From the human T2T-CHM13v2.0 reference genome, Homo sapiens, in the NCBI RefSeq assembly GCF_009914755.1, contig NC_060928.1: DNA of 64,000 nucleotides; one strand, 5' to 3'. The translations under genes were made by a program, and so were the position numbers. Below are positions 46,901 through 60,519 of this stretch, in pieces (position 1 is the stretch's first letter; every line of letters starts with the position of its first letter). A model generated the notes under the pieces. The model did not search any database. It was given only the letters and a program-made list of their open reading frames with translations, and was not told the DNA's origin.

Positions 46901-48612
46901 AAAGAATAACTTACTCTTGGGTTACTTGAATTTATTCATATATTCTAATTAGAAATTAAAGTCCTGAATGGACCATTTATAGGACAGGACAATCCTTTAC
47001 TTGTAAGTAGAAAGCATATGGAAATGGAAATTGTTGATGGAATCAGACGTTACTAAAATTATTATTTATTCTGCTGTCAAAATGATGTTTGAAGTAAAAA
47101 TTTTTTATGTCAGTTAATACTCAGATCTTTAGTTAAGGATGTATAATATTTAAATGAAATATGTAAAATGCTCAGGAATGGAGATGATTTTAAAATATCT
47201 TTTACAGTAGGAATTAATATTAATTAGTAAAGTGCACTGCTTATTAATTTAGCCATAACTTTGAAAGTTTACGTTAAGATACATCTTAAAAACAAAATAT
47301 TTTCAGTGTGAAATAAAATTTGAAATGACAATTTATATCAGACAATGATATATAACAAAATTATTAAAACAATCCCAATTTCATCTTTTTAGGTTCATTT
47401 CATTAATTTTCAAGTTCTGTTTTACAAATGGCATGTGTGCATATTCAAGGTAATTAGGTTTGTAAATAAAAGTAGAAGATGTCAACAAATAGTAAGAGAA
47501 ATGTCACTCTTCCATAGTGAATAATTTAAAAATGTTAAATCAACATCTAAAACTGCTAGTACTGGTTCTACTGCAAAGATACCCCTTAAGCTTCATGGAC
47601 CTCAATTTCTACTCTAAAAATTGAGAGTGTTGGACTTAATGACTAAATTATCCACTGAACTCTAAATGTTTAATATTTAAAATCTTCCCTCTTGCTCTAT
47701 AAACTTAACCTGCTTTCTTTGGGATTTTAGGAATGAGAAGGAATGTCATTTGTATTTGCTCTTATAGATGTTAAGGTAGACAAGAAACTCAGTTGGAATG
47801 ACAGAGTATAATTTCTACATTTAAAATGTTGTGTTGACTAATGCAATTAATTTGTACTCAGTTATAAGTAGAGGCGATGAGTACCAAGGCATATGATCAG
47901 TGCAAGTATACCCCTGAGACAATATAATTTTCAGGGAATCAAAATAATCAGCAAGAGAGCATATATTTCCTTAATGGAGTACTGAGAGTTTATTAGCTTC
48001 TACTGGAGTGCTGATTAAGAAAAAGGAGAAAAGAGGTTCAGTTGAGTTTTTAAACTGCAGTTAAATAAAAAGATTTTGCCTATGTTATTTGCATGGTTAA
48101 TGTATCTAGAAGGGTTAATTTTATATTGAAGAAACAAGTGTAGTAATTATAGAAATGAATATAAATATTACCAGTGGATTTGAGGAATTAAAATGTCACA
48201 GTTTCATTTATTACTTTACTATATCAGACCTGTGTTAAAAAGTTTTGCTCCAGTTGAACAAACGAGTAAAATAAATATAGGAAAAAATACCCCAAAAACT
48301 TTTACGGTATATAAAAAGAAGAAAAGCGATGTACTTTTTATTTTCTAGAGGTGATGAAAAGTGAACTAGAAATAATTCCTCTGTTAAACCAGGCATCTTG
48401 TAAAAGAGAACCATCACTATATATTGTTCCTGGGATTCCCTGTGAATAACTGGCAATGTGAGGCTATAGTAGTCACAGCTCTTTATTCCTTCCAAACCAG
48501 TTATTGTGCTGCTAATTAGAATTGGATATTGGTGGTAGTGGAAATGGGGAAAACTATCAATGTTACTTTGTGTTAAATTTTAATCACACAAGTTAGGACA
48601 TTCAGAATTATG

Positions 48613-48626
48613 GTTTCCATGGTAAC
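48613..48626. promoter_or_regulatory. Consensus RFX X-box
   Basis: GTTTCCATGGTAAC fits GTTNCCATGGNAAC in non-repetitive sequence; motif only, binding not shown. Confidence 0.5.
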
Positions 48627-49806
48627 CACAACACTGAGTCCTGTGTGAAGGCATTACAGTGGGGGTCTTTGATTAAAAGAAAGTAAACCAGAAGTGAAAC
48701 AAAAATGCTCCATATGTGCAGCTAAAGTTACAAAAAAAAAAAAAAAAAGTCCTGCTCCCTTGTCCTTAATTATATTTGCTTAATGGTATGTCACGTGCTT
48801 GTGCAGTACACTGAAAGGTCTGTTAGAATTCTCATGAGGATGCTCTGTTTGCATTAGATTTTAAATGATTATTTTTATAGCACCTTTTCCATTTTTGAAT
48901 TTATCTTTTCTCATTTTAAAAATAATTATAGAATCTGACTTTAGGGACCCTGTGACAATTTATGTGGAAGGAAGATTCTTTTTTTTTTTAAAAAAAAGAT
49001 TTTTTGAAAATGCAGTGGATAGAATTATAGTCCTGGAATTTTTGCTGATAATTTTTCATTTTGAACAGTGAGGTTAAGAAAGTTATTTAAACTTTCATTT
49101 TTATTAAGTTAATTTGTATCACATAAAACAACGTAAGCAACAAATTATACTGATTAATTCAGGGTGTGGTAGAATACTGGATCTATTAAAAAGAGTGTAA
49201 CAGTAAAAAGGAGTTGAAGTCACTGATCACTACAGACAAAATATATGTGGAGAACATTTATTTTTGAAGAACACATTTAGCCCAGAGATAATAATCATTA
49301 AACAATTATATTACATTCCAGTGTGATTTTAAATAAAAATGAAATATTTAGTATGTAATGGAAAACAAATACGTTTCACACAATGAAATACATGTACAAG
49401 CATGAATAGAAATGCTTCTGCTGTAGGAACATAAAAGCCTGCTCAAATATAGAGCTTTTTGGGTAAGAGTGATTTATTGAATAACTATTATGGTTTAAGT
49501 TTTGCTAAGTTTATTATCATCTAAGTTGAAATGTTTCAGGAAACATATGGTCTAGTGGTATTTTTGTCAAAAATAAGTAAACATAAGGACACAGATTTTT
49601 CTACATTTTTCATCTCTAAATACGGAAAATGCTAGTAAGACTAATACTTCTCCCAATGTGGTTCAAAAACCTGTAACATATATTCAAACCAGATATGTAG
49701 ATTCAGTGTTTCTCTAGTAATAGGTATATTTCTCTTAGGCATATTTGAATGCCAGTGTTTCAGCTTTGAAGATCAAACATCATTTTATAGACCATTAATC
49801 TGTTGA

Positions 49807-50136
49807 AGAGGTCAGCAAACCTTTTGAGTAAAGGGCCAGATAGTAAACACTTTAGGTGTTGAAGGATATGTGGTCTTTCCTAACTGCTCAGCTTCCCTGT
49901 TGTAGTGCAAAGGCAGCTTTAGTCAATAAGTAAACAAATGAACATAGCTGTATTCCAATAAAATTTTAATAGGTGCTGAAATTTGAGGTTCCTATAATTT
50001 TCACATGTCATGAAATATTTCTTCCTCTTTGACTTTCTTCAACACTTACAACATGTAAAAAACTTAGCTTGAAAGATTTACAAAAACAAGCAGTGTGGCA
50101 AATTAATCTTGTGGGCTGTAGTTTGCTAAAGCCTCG
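49807..50136. mobile_element. MER58 (hAT-Charlie), B-like
   Basis: gaggtcagcaaac...gtaaagggccagatagtaaa start and gggctgtagtttgctaaagcctc end. Confidence 0.8.
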
Positions 50137-50780
50137 TCTATTGGATGTCCTGTTTTGTACAGGAAGGGGTTGTTTGTTTATTTATTTTGATATTATTTAC
50201 CTGCATGAGAAAAGTTAGTGCTTAAATATTCAAAAAATTTTTTTAAAAATTATTCTTTGCTTCCACCAATGATTTAATCATTTGATGATCCATTCCCCAT
50301 TTTGAAATTATAATGCTGTCATCTACATGGATTTGGTAGGTTCAATAAGTAGCACTGTTTTAACACATACGAATTTTATTCAAGTTGAGAGCTAGATGAA
50401 GATTTGGACAGATCAACTTAAAAATGTTAATAAAGTGGTTGGAGCATACATATCTCCTAGGTAGGGTGATGTTGCTACAACACTTATAGTGTGGAATAAT
50501 ACACCAGAATCTCTTTCCCTTTGCATGCTTTGCTGCCCAGAGAGGGGAGAGGGAAAAGAAATGAACTGGGTATGTCAGGTTCTTTTCCTAAACTTATCAG
50601 CTAGAGAAGTCACCCTTCTTCCCTCCAGCAGAGTGAAGAAAGGCTGGCAAGTGCCAGAAAGTTACATTAAATGTTATTCTTTCTTAATAAAAATGAATTG
50701 GGGAGGTGCGTTTCCATCATATTTCATTCATTCATTCATTTATTCATTTAATCATTTAACAAATCTTTTTAGTTACCTGT

Positions 50781-51978
50781 TGTATTTATCTGCTTGGGCT
50801 GCCTTAACAAAATGCCATTGTTTAGGTGGCTTAAAAACGGTAGTTTATTTTCCTACATTTCTGGAGGCTAGAAGTCTCCCATTTCAAGGTGCCAGTTTCC
50901 AGCGTAGGCCCTCATCCTGGCTTGTACATGGCTGCCTTCTCACTATATCCCCACCTGGCCTTTCCTCATTGTGTGCACACAGGGAGCGGGAACTCTCTGG
51001 TGTCTCTTCTTATAAGAGCACTAATCCTACTGGGAAAAGGCTTCATCCTTATAACACAATAAGATATACATATTTGGTCTGTATTCCAGTTTTCTGACAC
51101 ACAGCTCCTAAAACCCTTAGAATCTCTGAAGTGGCAAATGTCTTTTTGTAGGCTAATGAGATTAATAGTGGCTGAAAGCTCCTAAATACCTTCAGAATCT
51201 GGACTAGTTTCCGGGGACATCAACCATGTGATTAGAAGGTGGGAACTGAACGTCCTACCATCTAACCTCCAGAAATGGGAAAGGGCCTGGAAATAGAATC
51301 AGCCACCATTTGCTCATGATTTAACAAATCATGCCTACTTAGTGAAGTCTCATAACCCAGAGAGATTCTGGGTTGGTATGCAGTGGAGGTGCTGGGAGGC
51401 CATTGCACTGGAGAAGACCTTGAAGCCCCGTGCTCCTTCTCCCATACCTTCCCTTATGCATCTCTTTCACCCGGTTGTTTGTCAGTTGTATGCTTTTATA
51501 ATAAACTGGTAATTCAGTAATCAACTGTGGAACAATTTTAACAAATTATTGAACCCAAGGAGTTGTTTGTGGAAATCTGCTATTCATAGCTAGGGAGTCA
51601 GACGTGCAGTTGATTATCTGGATTTGAAACGGGTGTTTGAAGTTGGGGGACAGGCTTGTGTGACTGATCTCTTAACTTGTGGAGTCTGTGCTAACCCTAG
51701 GTAGGTGGCGTGAGTATTGAACTAAATTATAGGACACACAGCTGGTACCTGGAGAGCTGGAGAATTGGTTGGTGTGAGCAAAATCCCCACACATTTGGTG
51801 ACCAGAAGTATTGAGAATAATAGTAGTATAGTGAGAAAACAGGCATTTTTCCTTACAACCCTTATCGTCTTATTTAATCTTAATTGCTTCCTTAGAGGCT
51901 TCATCTTTAAATACAGTCACTTTGGGGTTTAGGGCTTCAATATAAGAAATTTTAGGGGATACCATTCAGTCTATAATA
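50781..51978 (-). mobile_element. MLT1A/B-like LTR inside an L2, split by MER21
   Basis: gggctgccttaacaaaatgcca...tctggaggctagaagtc...tctcttcttataagagcactaatcc; resumes near 51858 to ggcttcaatataagaaattttaggggataccattcagtc. Confidence 0.75.
51050..51858. mobile_element. MER21-family LTR
   Basis: cacagctcctaaaacccttagaatctct, caaccatgtgattagaaggtgggaact, aatcatgcctac, ccccacacatttggtgaccagaagt. Confidence 0.75.
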
Positions 51979-53959
51979 TCTGTACTGTGCCAGGCTCTAT
52001 GCTAGTTAATAGATATATAATAGTTAGCAAGTTTCTGGCAGCATGGTGTTTACAGTCCATTGGCAGAGACAGGCATAACTAGAATAATTGCACTAACTAA
52101 TGTGTAATTGCAAACTGAAATAAATTGTCTGAATGAATGGAACAATATCATTTGACTACATTATAATTATAAATAATATATATGCCATATACAATAAACC
52201 AATCTAACCTAGCCCAATGGGTTCAGAGCAGACCTCCCTGAGGACTAGAAAGGAGTGTTCTAAAGAAAGGAAACATTTTGGGAGCATGTTTTCCTGTTTA
52301 GTTACTCTGAGGAAGACTAGTACCTTGCTGCTTTCCAATTGCAACTGACTTTTTGCTGTACAAAAATACAGGAATAAATCCATGGGCTATAAAAAGTTAC
52401 TTGGTTGAACTTCAAACGGTTTACCTGAAAAAGCATAGAATCATGTCATTGAGCATTTCTTTATTCTGGCTTGAATACTTATTATTGTGGAGGATACCTC
52501 AGGTGGGTGTGACTGCTGAGAAGTGAGAACACTCTTTAAATATGTCAATTTTAAAAAATTACCACCCTGAATAAAAATTATAAAAATCTTTATGCTATAT
52601 GTAAGTCATTTGGTCTAAATCAATACCATGTTCACTTTTGTGCTTTGCAAAAAGTGTCTGTTTAATATTAATCAAGAAGGCAAATCCATTCATGTTTTCA
52701 ATAATCAAGTCAAAAAGTGTCAGAGTCGTGGTTAAATAATGGCTTAGATGTAAAGCTTTTTAGTTTTTAGAACCCTGATGTTTTACTGTATTACTAGTAT
52801 CCTCATATTGCAGAGGAATATCTAACAATGTTTAAAATGCACATAAGAATATCATTTAAAATGATGGGATACATATAAACAGGTGAGATATAAAAATAAT
52901 GGAGTAACTATGCTTACATGGGACTCCACTTGGTCAGAAGTTCTTTGTCAACCCCTTTCCCAGACTTGATCTCAGAAAGCCTTCATAGTAGCTACTTACT
53001 TCTTTGGAATGAAATGAAATTCATTGAGGAAGGAATCTTATATGAGTTTAGACTTCATGAGTCTTTGGAACCACTGCTACCTGCCCATTATGGAGAATTC
53101 AGAAATAATGGCAGATTAAAAACTAACTGATTTTACACTGAATAAGCGATTCCAGTAGGAAAGGAAACATGAAATTTCTTAGGCTTTAACATACTTTCAT
53201 GTGTGTGTAATTAGTATTATAGTAACTATACATTTCTTGTTACTATACGTAAAGGACACAGTTCTGTAACAGGTATTATTTGTAGATGTTTAGCACTGCA
53301 TATGAGCTGTGTTTATTATGAGCTACCTAGTTTACATGCATATCTATAGTAATTCTATAATTTGAGATTTATGGCAATAAAAATTTTGTTAAGAGTTACT
53401 GAAACATTCCTATATCATAAGAACTGTCCATTAAGCCTAATGGAATACCAAACTGTCTTCTGGCAAACATCACTTATTTCAGTTTATTCAAACCCCCTGT
53501 AGTCCTCAGATAAAAATACAAAATGTAAAATTATATGCTAAATATTAGTACAGACTATGAGATACAGTATTTTTTTAAATATTTAGAGATAAAATAGAAT
53601 TTGGAATCACAGATTTTTTACCCTAACTTTGCCAAATTATTATGTTGAGAAGCTTTTTTTGTATTAAATGCAAAACATGTTTTCCACGTGGCCTAATGGT
53701 AAGCTTTCTAAATAATTAACATTACTCTGCGTAGTGGTCAGCCACAATCAGAAAAAGAACGCATTTTCTTCTGTATAATTCAACATCTGGTTGTCACTAT
53801 ACTGCTAAACCTACCAGAAATACTCTTTGCCAGATGTGACTTATAGTTACATTATACTTTATTCAGTTCAGCAAAATATATTTGAAAAGAAGTCAAAGAT
53901 ATCACCAGGAATAAACAAACTTCAAACATTTTATACATTCACTCACTGAAGTGATAAAA

Positions 53960-54190
53960 ACATTCATAATGAAAATAGTTAACACTTATTGAGAGCGCCC
54001 TATATATCTACTGTCTGTGTATGCATTATCTTGTTTAATTTTCACTCTGTGAGAACAGATTCTGTGTGCTTCTTAAAGATAGATGAGAAAACTGAGGATA
54101 AAAAAAAAAATTGTGGAATATCACATAGCTAACATGTGGGAAAGCCAAGCTTTGAATCCAGGCTGAGACCCAAGTGCCATACAATAAAGC
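53960..54190 (-). mobile_element. MIR remnant
   Basis: aatagttaacacttattgagagc...atagatgagaaaactgagg...tttgaatccaggctg. Confidence 0.65.
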
Positions 54191-57089
54191 TTCCATCTAT
54201 TTGGCTGTAGTGTAGTGTAACTTTTGACCCTACCTGTAAAAAAAAGTTGGGTGTTAAATTTCGTAGGTTAAATGACTTAATTCTCATAATTAATGAGGGA
54301 GTACATATTGCTTATATAAATTAATAATACATTTTATAGATGCTATATATTATTAAAGTAGATAAGTTACTATTTTATCAGTATGTCTTTCTCCATTGAA
54401 CATGCAGATTTTTTTTGGTGTCTAATGTTGTTTTTACTGTCTCTGTATTGATAATGCATTTTAATAAAAAACTAAGTGGGATGTTATGTCATTCCTGGGC
54501 TTATATTATTTTAAATTTAACTTTTTTCCTTTTATTTATTAAAAAATACTAGGATATATATGTGGTTAATAAATCATTGGAGTTATTAAACATTTGAAAT
54601 ATTCCACATTCGTGTTTGGAGAGGCAAGGGTAGCTCAGATATTTTAACTGTAATGTGTTTGTACAAGAAAAATATTCTGTACAACTTATTCAGCATGCCA
54701 GGTTGGTAAAAATATAAAACACTGTTAGTATTGTTCTTTAATAGGTGAGCTTATCTCCTATAATGGCTAAATGATGTCATTGGAATTTGCTTCAGCTAAT
54801 AACAGTATGCTACATACTACAAATCATTCCATGGAACCAACTGTCATAAATGAGAGTGTAAGGTTTTATATTTCAACTAAGGTTAGAAATAACAAAATAA
54901 AATATTATGGATACGATTAACTTAGTCTGATTTGTATAGGTCTTATTGCATTCCTAAGGCATTCTAAGTTAGGCAAATAATTATACAAATAATTCAGCAG
55001 GATGTCTGTAATTGGTTTCAGTGATAAAATTTATATTCAGTGCCTAAATCTGAAACAATAAACCCTTACAATAATTTATTATAATTTTGCAGATTTCATA
55101 ATAGAGATAATTTGAGGTTTTTTTGTAACTGGAAGTCAAGATTGCAGCCGCATGAAAAAACTGCATTAAAATTATACTAAAGTAAGGTGTTTAAAAAATA
55201 ACTTGCTTTGTTATTACAGAAGTAGATAGGTCATTAGTCTTCACATATTAGTTTTCTTTTTTCTCAAAATATATAATGAAAAAATAGTCTCTGCCTTTTA
55301 AAACTTAAATAAAGTCTGAAAGTATAATACAATAAATAGTCCCTTAATTTCATTTCTTTATATCTTATGAAGCCTTCAAACTTCAATGTTGGTGGTTCTC
55401 ACAAATTTTCTGTATTCACAACATGCTGATGGTGTCACAGAGGTGTCCACAAAAAACTGAAGAAAACAACCAGCTGTGTAAACCAATTTTTAGTTTAACT
55501 TGCATCGTTTTACCTGCCAAACAAAGCTCTGCAGTAACAGATTCTCTGTCATCATTGAAGAACAACTTGAAGGGTTAGAAAAAGGCAATAGAGATTCAAA
55601 TCCCAAGAGACGAGGGAGACTGCATTAGCTCATATGAAATGTACATACTTTACCATTAATTTTACAAACACATGCATTTAAAGCTATAAAAACACTTTTG
55701 GCTTGCATTCTCAAGTATGTATGTACTCTCTAAATGAATGAATTCACTAGAGAATGAATGAATACATGACTGAATGGAGAAGTAAATACAGGGATCCTTT
55801 ATAAATCCTGAACTCAAAATTATAAATTGGTTTTCCATAACAAACATTTTGTAGATTATCGTTATGAGGAATGCATCTGGAAAAACAGCTATCTAAATAC
55901 ATATGTTAGTAACTCTATATTACGTCATTTCTGAAATGAGAAATTGGGGCTTCTGGCAGGGGCTGGGATTGTGGAGCCACGCGAGGGAAGAGGAAAGGAA
56001 ATAAGAGAAAAACAAATTAAAATGAAGGAACCCAGTACTATTTATAAGATGGATCTAAGGCTGTCAGGGAAATCTCACCAGAATTTAAACTTCTGCAAGG
56101 TTTTTTTTAAAGATCACATAAAATTGACTATTTAAACTCTTCTGTATGTTTTCTTTTTGTTAAAGATTTTCCTTCCCTTGGTCCTCAATGAATTCCAAAT
56201 GCATTGAGCTTATTAGCTTGGTTCTTACCTCTCTTGCTGAGCCCCTGTTGGCCAGTGGGAAGGCTATTTTAAACTACTGACCCTGCACCTGGGTATTTGC
56301 AGCCCATGGGGGTATTAGCTGCTGTCCTTTTTTTTTTTTTCCTGCTCTGCTCCCTTTTAAAGACTTGCTTTGTTGCCGACTATACAGAGATTACTTTGAT
56401 CGTTCCCTGCTTATGAGAATAGATTTCCTTAAGCCCTACATGTATTTTCCAGTTCTTATTGGTATGAAGAACTGGCTGGACTGTAGCCTGGTTTTCTGTC
56501 TTAAGCCTTGTGAAAATGTCCCCTACTTACCAATATTTAAATTGGAAATAAATTATTTAATCTAGATTATTTAATTATTTATACAGAGTACAAAAGAATC
56601 AGTAATGATACATTTTAAAGCTCTTAAAATTAATATGCATGGTTTTAGACTAAGATTCAAATATAAATTGAGTTATAACCTGATTTTTTTTCTTGGAAGT
56701 GAGAAAACACTGAGTTTGGATGATGCTAAAGTATTTGTGTTGCCTCTTGCTAAGTCTAACATACTTTCAAACTTATTTCTAAGAGTGTTTAAATCCTTTT
56801 TGTGGATTAATTTCAAATAAGCATCAGAAATAAAGCTGTTGATTCTTTAGATTAAATATATTGGCTTTAAAGTTTTATGCAGTCTCTGCATTAATTTTGT
56901 ATTCCTGACCCTTAATGTGTCATCAAAAACAATCATTTTAGCTATGAGTTACAATACTTGCATATTCTGCCCCAGGACTATCTCTGCCTGACTCATTAAC
57001 TTGCTTTTCAAGTTACATTTTAAATAAAAGCCAAGATATGCTTTGAGGACAAGAAAGTCACCAAAAAAATCCCAGTTAGTTGAAAAATT

Positions 57090-57352
57090 TTATTATATAT
57101 ATAATATATATTATATATATTAGACATACATAATATATATTATATATATTAGACATACATAATATATATTATATATTAGACATACATAATATATATTATA
57201 TATATTAGACATCCATTATATATAATATATATTAGACATATATATTAGACATATATAATAGATATATAATATATTATATATATATTAGACATATATTATA
57301 TATATATTAGACATACATAATATATATATATATATATTATATATATGTCTAT
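57090..57352. repeat. AT-rich minisatellite with ~27-29 bp unit (tatattagacatacataatatatatta)
   Basis: About eight tagacat cores separated by (TA)n, ending with an inverted atgtcta. Confidence 0.9.
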
Positions 57353-58169
57353 CTCATTCCAAGCTTTCCTTTTCATATTTATCAAACAGGATATATTTCA
57401 TTTTTCTTTTCTGATGTTTAAAAATAAGGCATTGTGATAGTCTTAATTAATTCATAGTTCCAAAATGCTAGTCCACATGAATCATACAAAAGAAAGGCAT
57501 TCAGAAAGCCTAATTGTGTAGAGGTCTAAATGTTTTCGTTATAGACAAAGTTACTTCATGCATTTTTCACTCTGTTTTAGCAATATTTTTAAAAATAATA
57601 CGATCATAAGCCCTTTTTAACCAAAATTTGATTCAGAAAATAAAATGTCATGATTTTTATTATTACAATAAAATTGACAATGATTTGATTTGTAAGGTTA
57701 ATCCAAAAGAAGAATGGGTTTGTTATGCCTTTCTTATCTTTAAATAAGTGTTATCTTTATATTTTCAAATGCATTTTTAATTCAATTTTTATAGTATTAA
57801 AACAGGTCAGAACTTAAGGGATCACAGAATGGGAAGTTTAGAAAGAACATAATATGGTACATTTTTGTATATGTGGATGCGTATACTAGATTTTTACAAT
57901 AATCAGATCTTTGCATTTGTGTTTTTAATCTCCTCTAAAGAAACAAATCAAACCAAAAACTGCTTAAATTATTACTTTGGCAAATAGTGAAGGATGGAAT
58001 AAGTTAAATTGTGAAAGTTTTTTTTTCTAGTAATTCATGACATTAAAATAATTGATGTTGGACATTTTTAATTTTTTAAAAAATGACTCTATTTGTAAAT
58101 TTATATTCATGAGTTCTAAAAATGAGTAGCATTTGGAGATGAGCTAGATACAACAGGATTTTTTCTTTC

Positions 58170-59400
58170 TTTTGACAAAACTACCAGAATTATACAAATA
58201 ATTCTTGTATATTCTCAACGATATTCCCCAAATATAAACATTGTACCTTTTATCACATTGCTTTTTTCCCTTTCCTTTTCTTTTTCTCTCTTTACTTCAG
58301 TATGTATTGTGTATTTGCCCTCTCTTTAAATACTTTAGTGTTTAGTGCATATTTTCTTTGGAAAAAATAAGGATATTCTCTTATATAACCACACAACAGT
58401 GATCAAAATTAAGAAATCAACAATATTACAATACTATTGTGTAATCTATGAACAAGTCTAGCTATATAATTAGCAGGACCCAGTGCAAACTGATAATTCA
58501 AGGCATTGGCAGGGGAAATCAGTTTCCTCTCCAGTGGACCCACCACCCCAACCCGTGGTGGACAGGTGATCTCCAAGTGATTCCAACTTCTGTGCCTGGA
58601 CATACTCAGTATATCCTGGATCAGGGTTGAGTGAGAAACCTTTGCTGAATGCCCACAGAATACACTATCGTGCAGGCTGCTGTCCTGAGCCAAGGAGTCA
58701 CCTCCTTGCCCCAAGCTCCCCCAAACTCAGACATCCTGTCTGGTGACGGAGCTGCTGATGCAGTTTTGGGGCAGAGAGTGGAATGTCAGCAGGAACTGGG
58801 ATTCCAAAAGGTCTGAATCAAGTAACTGAGAACCCATCCTATGGAGGTTGCAGGATGTCAGATTATACTTGAACCAAGGCCCTTGGTGTCTGTCATCCCA
58901 TTGGGCTTTACTTACAAAACACAAATTCAGAGATAAAATTGGTAAGAATTTCAGGGAGATTATTGAGGTATGAAACCCCAAGTGTTGATTTTTGAGTATG
59001 GAGCCTCATGCAACTGCACTTGGTCATATGCCCATGATGTCAGCTCTGTCTATAAACCTATTCAGATTTTGTCAATTGTCCCAACAATGTCAGTTATAAC
59101 AAAAGAACATTTCTGATCATATATTACATTCAGTGATCATGTCTCTTCAGTTTCTTTTTTTTCTGGAATAGTTTGTCAGTCTTCGTGTTTTATGACATTG
59201 ATATTTATGAAGAATATAGGACAGTTATTTCACTGACTGTCTCTCAATTTGAGCTTTTCAGATGTTTTCTTCTTGTAAGTTTTGGCAGGAATACTACAGA
59301 AATGATGTAATATTCTTTTCAGTGCATCATATCAGGAGGCAAGTGATGTCAGCAACAGTAATTTTCCAGGCATCCCTCCTCCATAGATATTATTTTGTAA
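58170..59400 (-). mobile_element. L1MC-type 3' fragment split by MER45
   Basis: aaggatattctcttatataaccaca...atcaaaattaagaaatcaaca; resumes cctattcagattttgtcaattgtccc...tttttggcaggaatactacaga. Confidence 0.7.
58453..59048 (-). mobile_element. MER45-family hAT-Tip100 element
   Basis: Ends caagtctagctatataattagcaggacccagtgcaaa and gcccatgatgtcagctctg; 8-bp TSD tctatgaa/tctataaa. Confidence 0.8.
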
Positions 59401-60009
59401 CACAGCATAATTCTTTCTTAAATAGCTTGCCCAATTTTTCTTTGCCTAATATGTGAATAATCAGCTATTTCCAATTTCAGATGACCTGTATTCAGCTTCC
59501 AGGTTTGAGTCATTAATGATATTTCTGCAGCTTTACATACAATTTTGACTAATTTCTCTTTCCTTCCTTATCTTTTGTCAGAAAAATTACCAGTTCTCTT
59601 AACTTTATTAAATTATGTTTTCTCCACATTCAAGATCTGTCATAAATTTCATGCACATGTTAGGCTGAGCTGGTGGAAGGACTGCTTATATTTTATTTAC
59701 TAGATGTCAGGAAATACTTGGGGTATTTCAGAGATTCCCCAAACATTTTCAGGAGAAATGATATTGAAGAGAAAATCACTTTGAAAATTAAGCTATGAAA
59801 TGATAATTCCATCTTAATATGAGAATTCACTAAGTTTTTGAAACTTTTCTTCTTGTTTAGATGAAAAGTTAACAATGTGTTAACCCTCATATATTCATGT
59901 TAATAAATATGAATTGAATTCTGGATATTACATCATTGCTCACACCTCTACTTCAGTAAACTAGGTGCTATGGTTCTCTTGTCTCAGAAAGCTCAATTTT
60001 GTTGTGGTC

Positions 60010-60308
60010 TTTTTGTTTGTTTGTTTGTTTTTTGGAGACTCTGTTGTCCAGGTGGCATGTAGTGGCATGAACACAACTCACTGCAGCCTTGACCTGGCTC
60101 AAGTCTTCCTCCCATCTCAGCCTCACGAGGGAGCTGGGACTACAGGCATGTATCACTGTGCCCAACTATTTTTTTAATAAATTTTTTTCGTAGGGACAGG
60201 GTCTTGTTTTGTTGCTTAGTCTGGTCTCGAACTCCTGAGCTCAAGCAATCCTATTGCCTTGGCCTCCCAAAGTGCTAGGATTATAGGTGTGGTCCCCCAC
60301 ACCAGGCC
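60010..60308 (-). mobile_element. AluJ, diverged, with (TTTG)n tail
   Basis: ctcactgcagccttgacctggctcaag and ctcctgagctcaagcaatcc. Confidence 0.9.
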
Positions 60309-60519
60309 AGTACACTCAATTCTTGGCCACAGATACTACAGTTTCAATTCAGTGGGATTAAATCCTATGAAAAAGGCAGGCATTGGTTGTTCTGGGAATA
60401 CTGATGTGGATGCCTGACTCAGCCTAGCCTAGATTAAGACATGAACAACTTTGGTGTTGGTGGTAAAGTGGGTTCTGCCTACCACAACTGGAATGGTAAA
60501 TCTTTTGTTGTAGTTTCTG

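Noticed and set aside
50489-51097. 202-aa ORF
   Set aside because: GTG start, crosses L2/MLT1/MER21 boundaries, no recognisable domain.
60482-60495. ccacaactggaatg shared with 28162 and 33845
   Set aside because: A 14-bp match is expected by chance several times in a 64-kb self-comparison.
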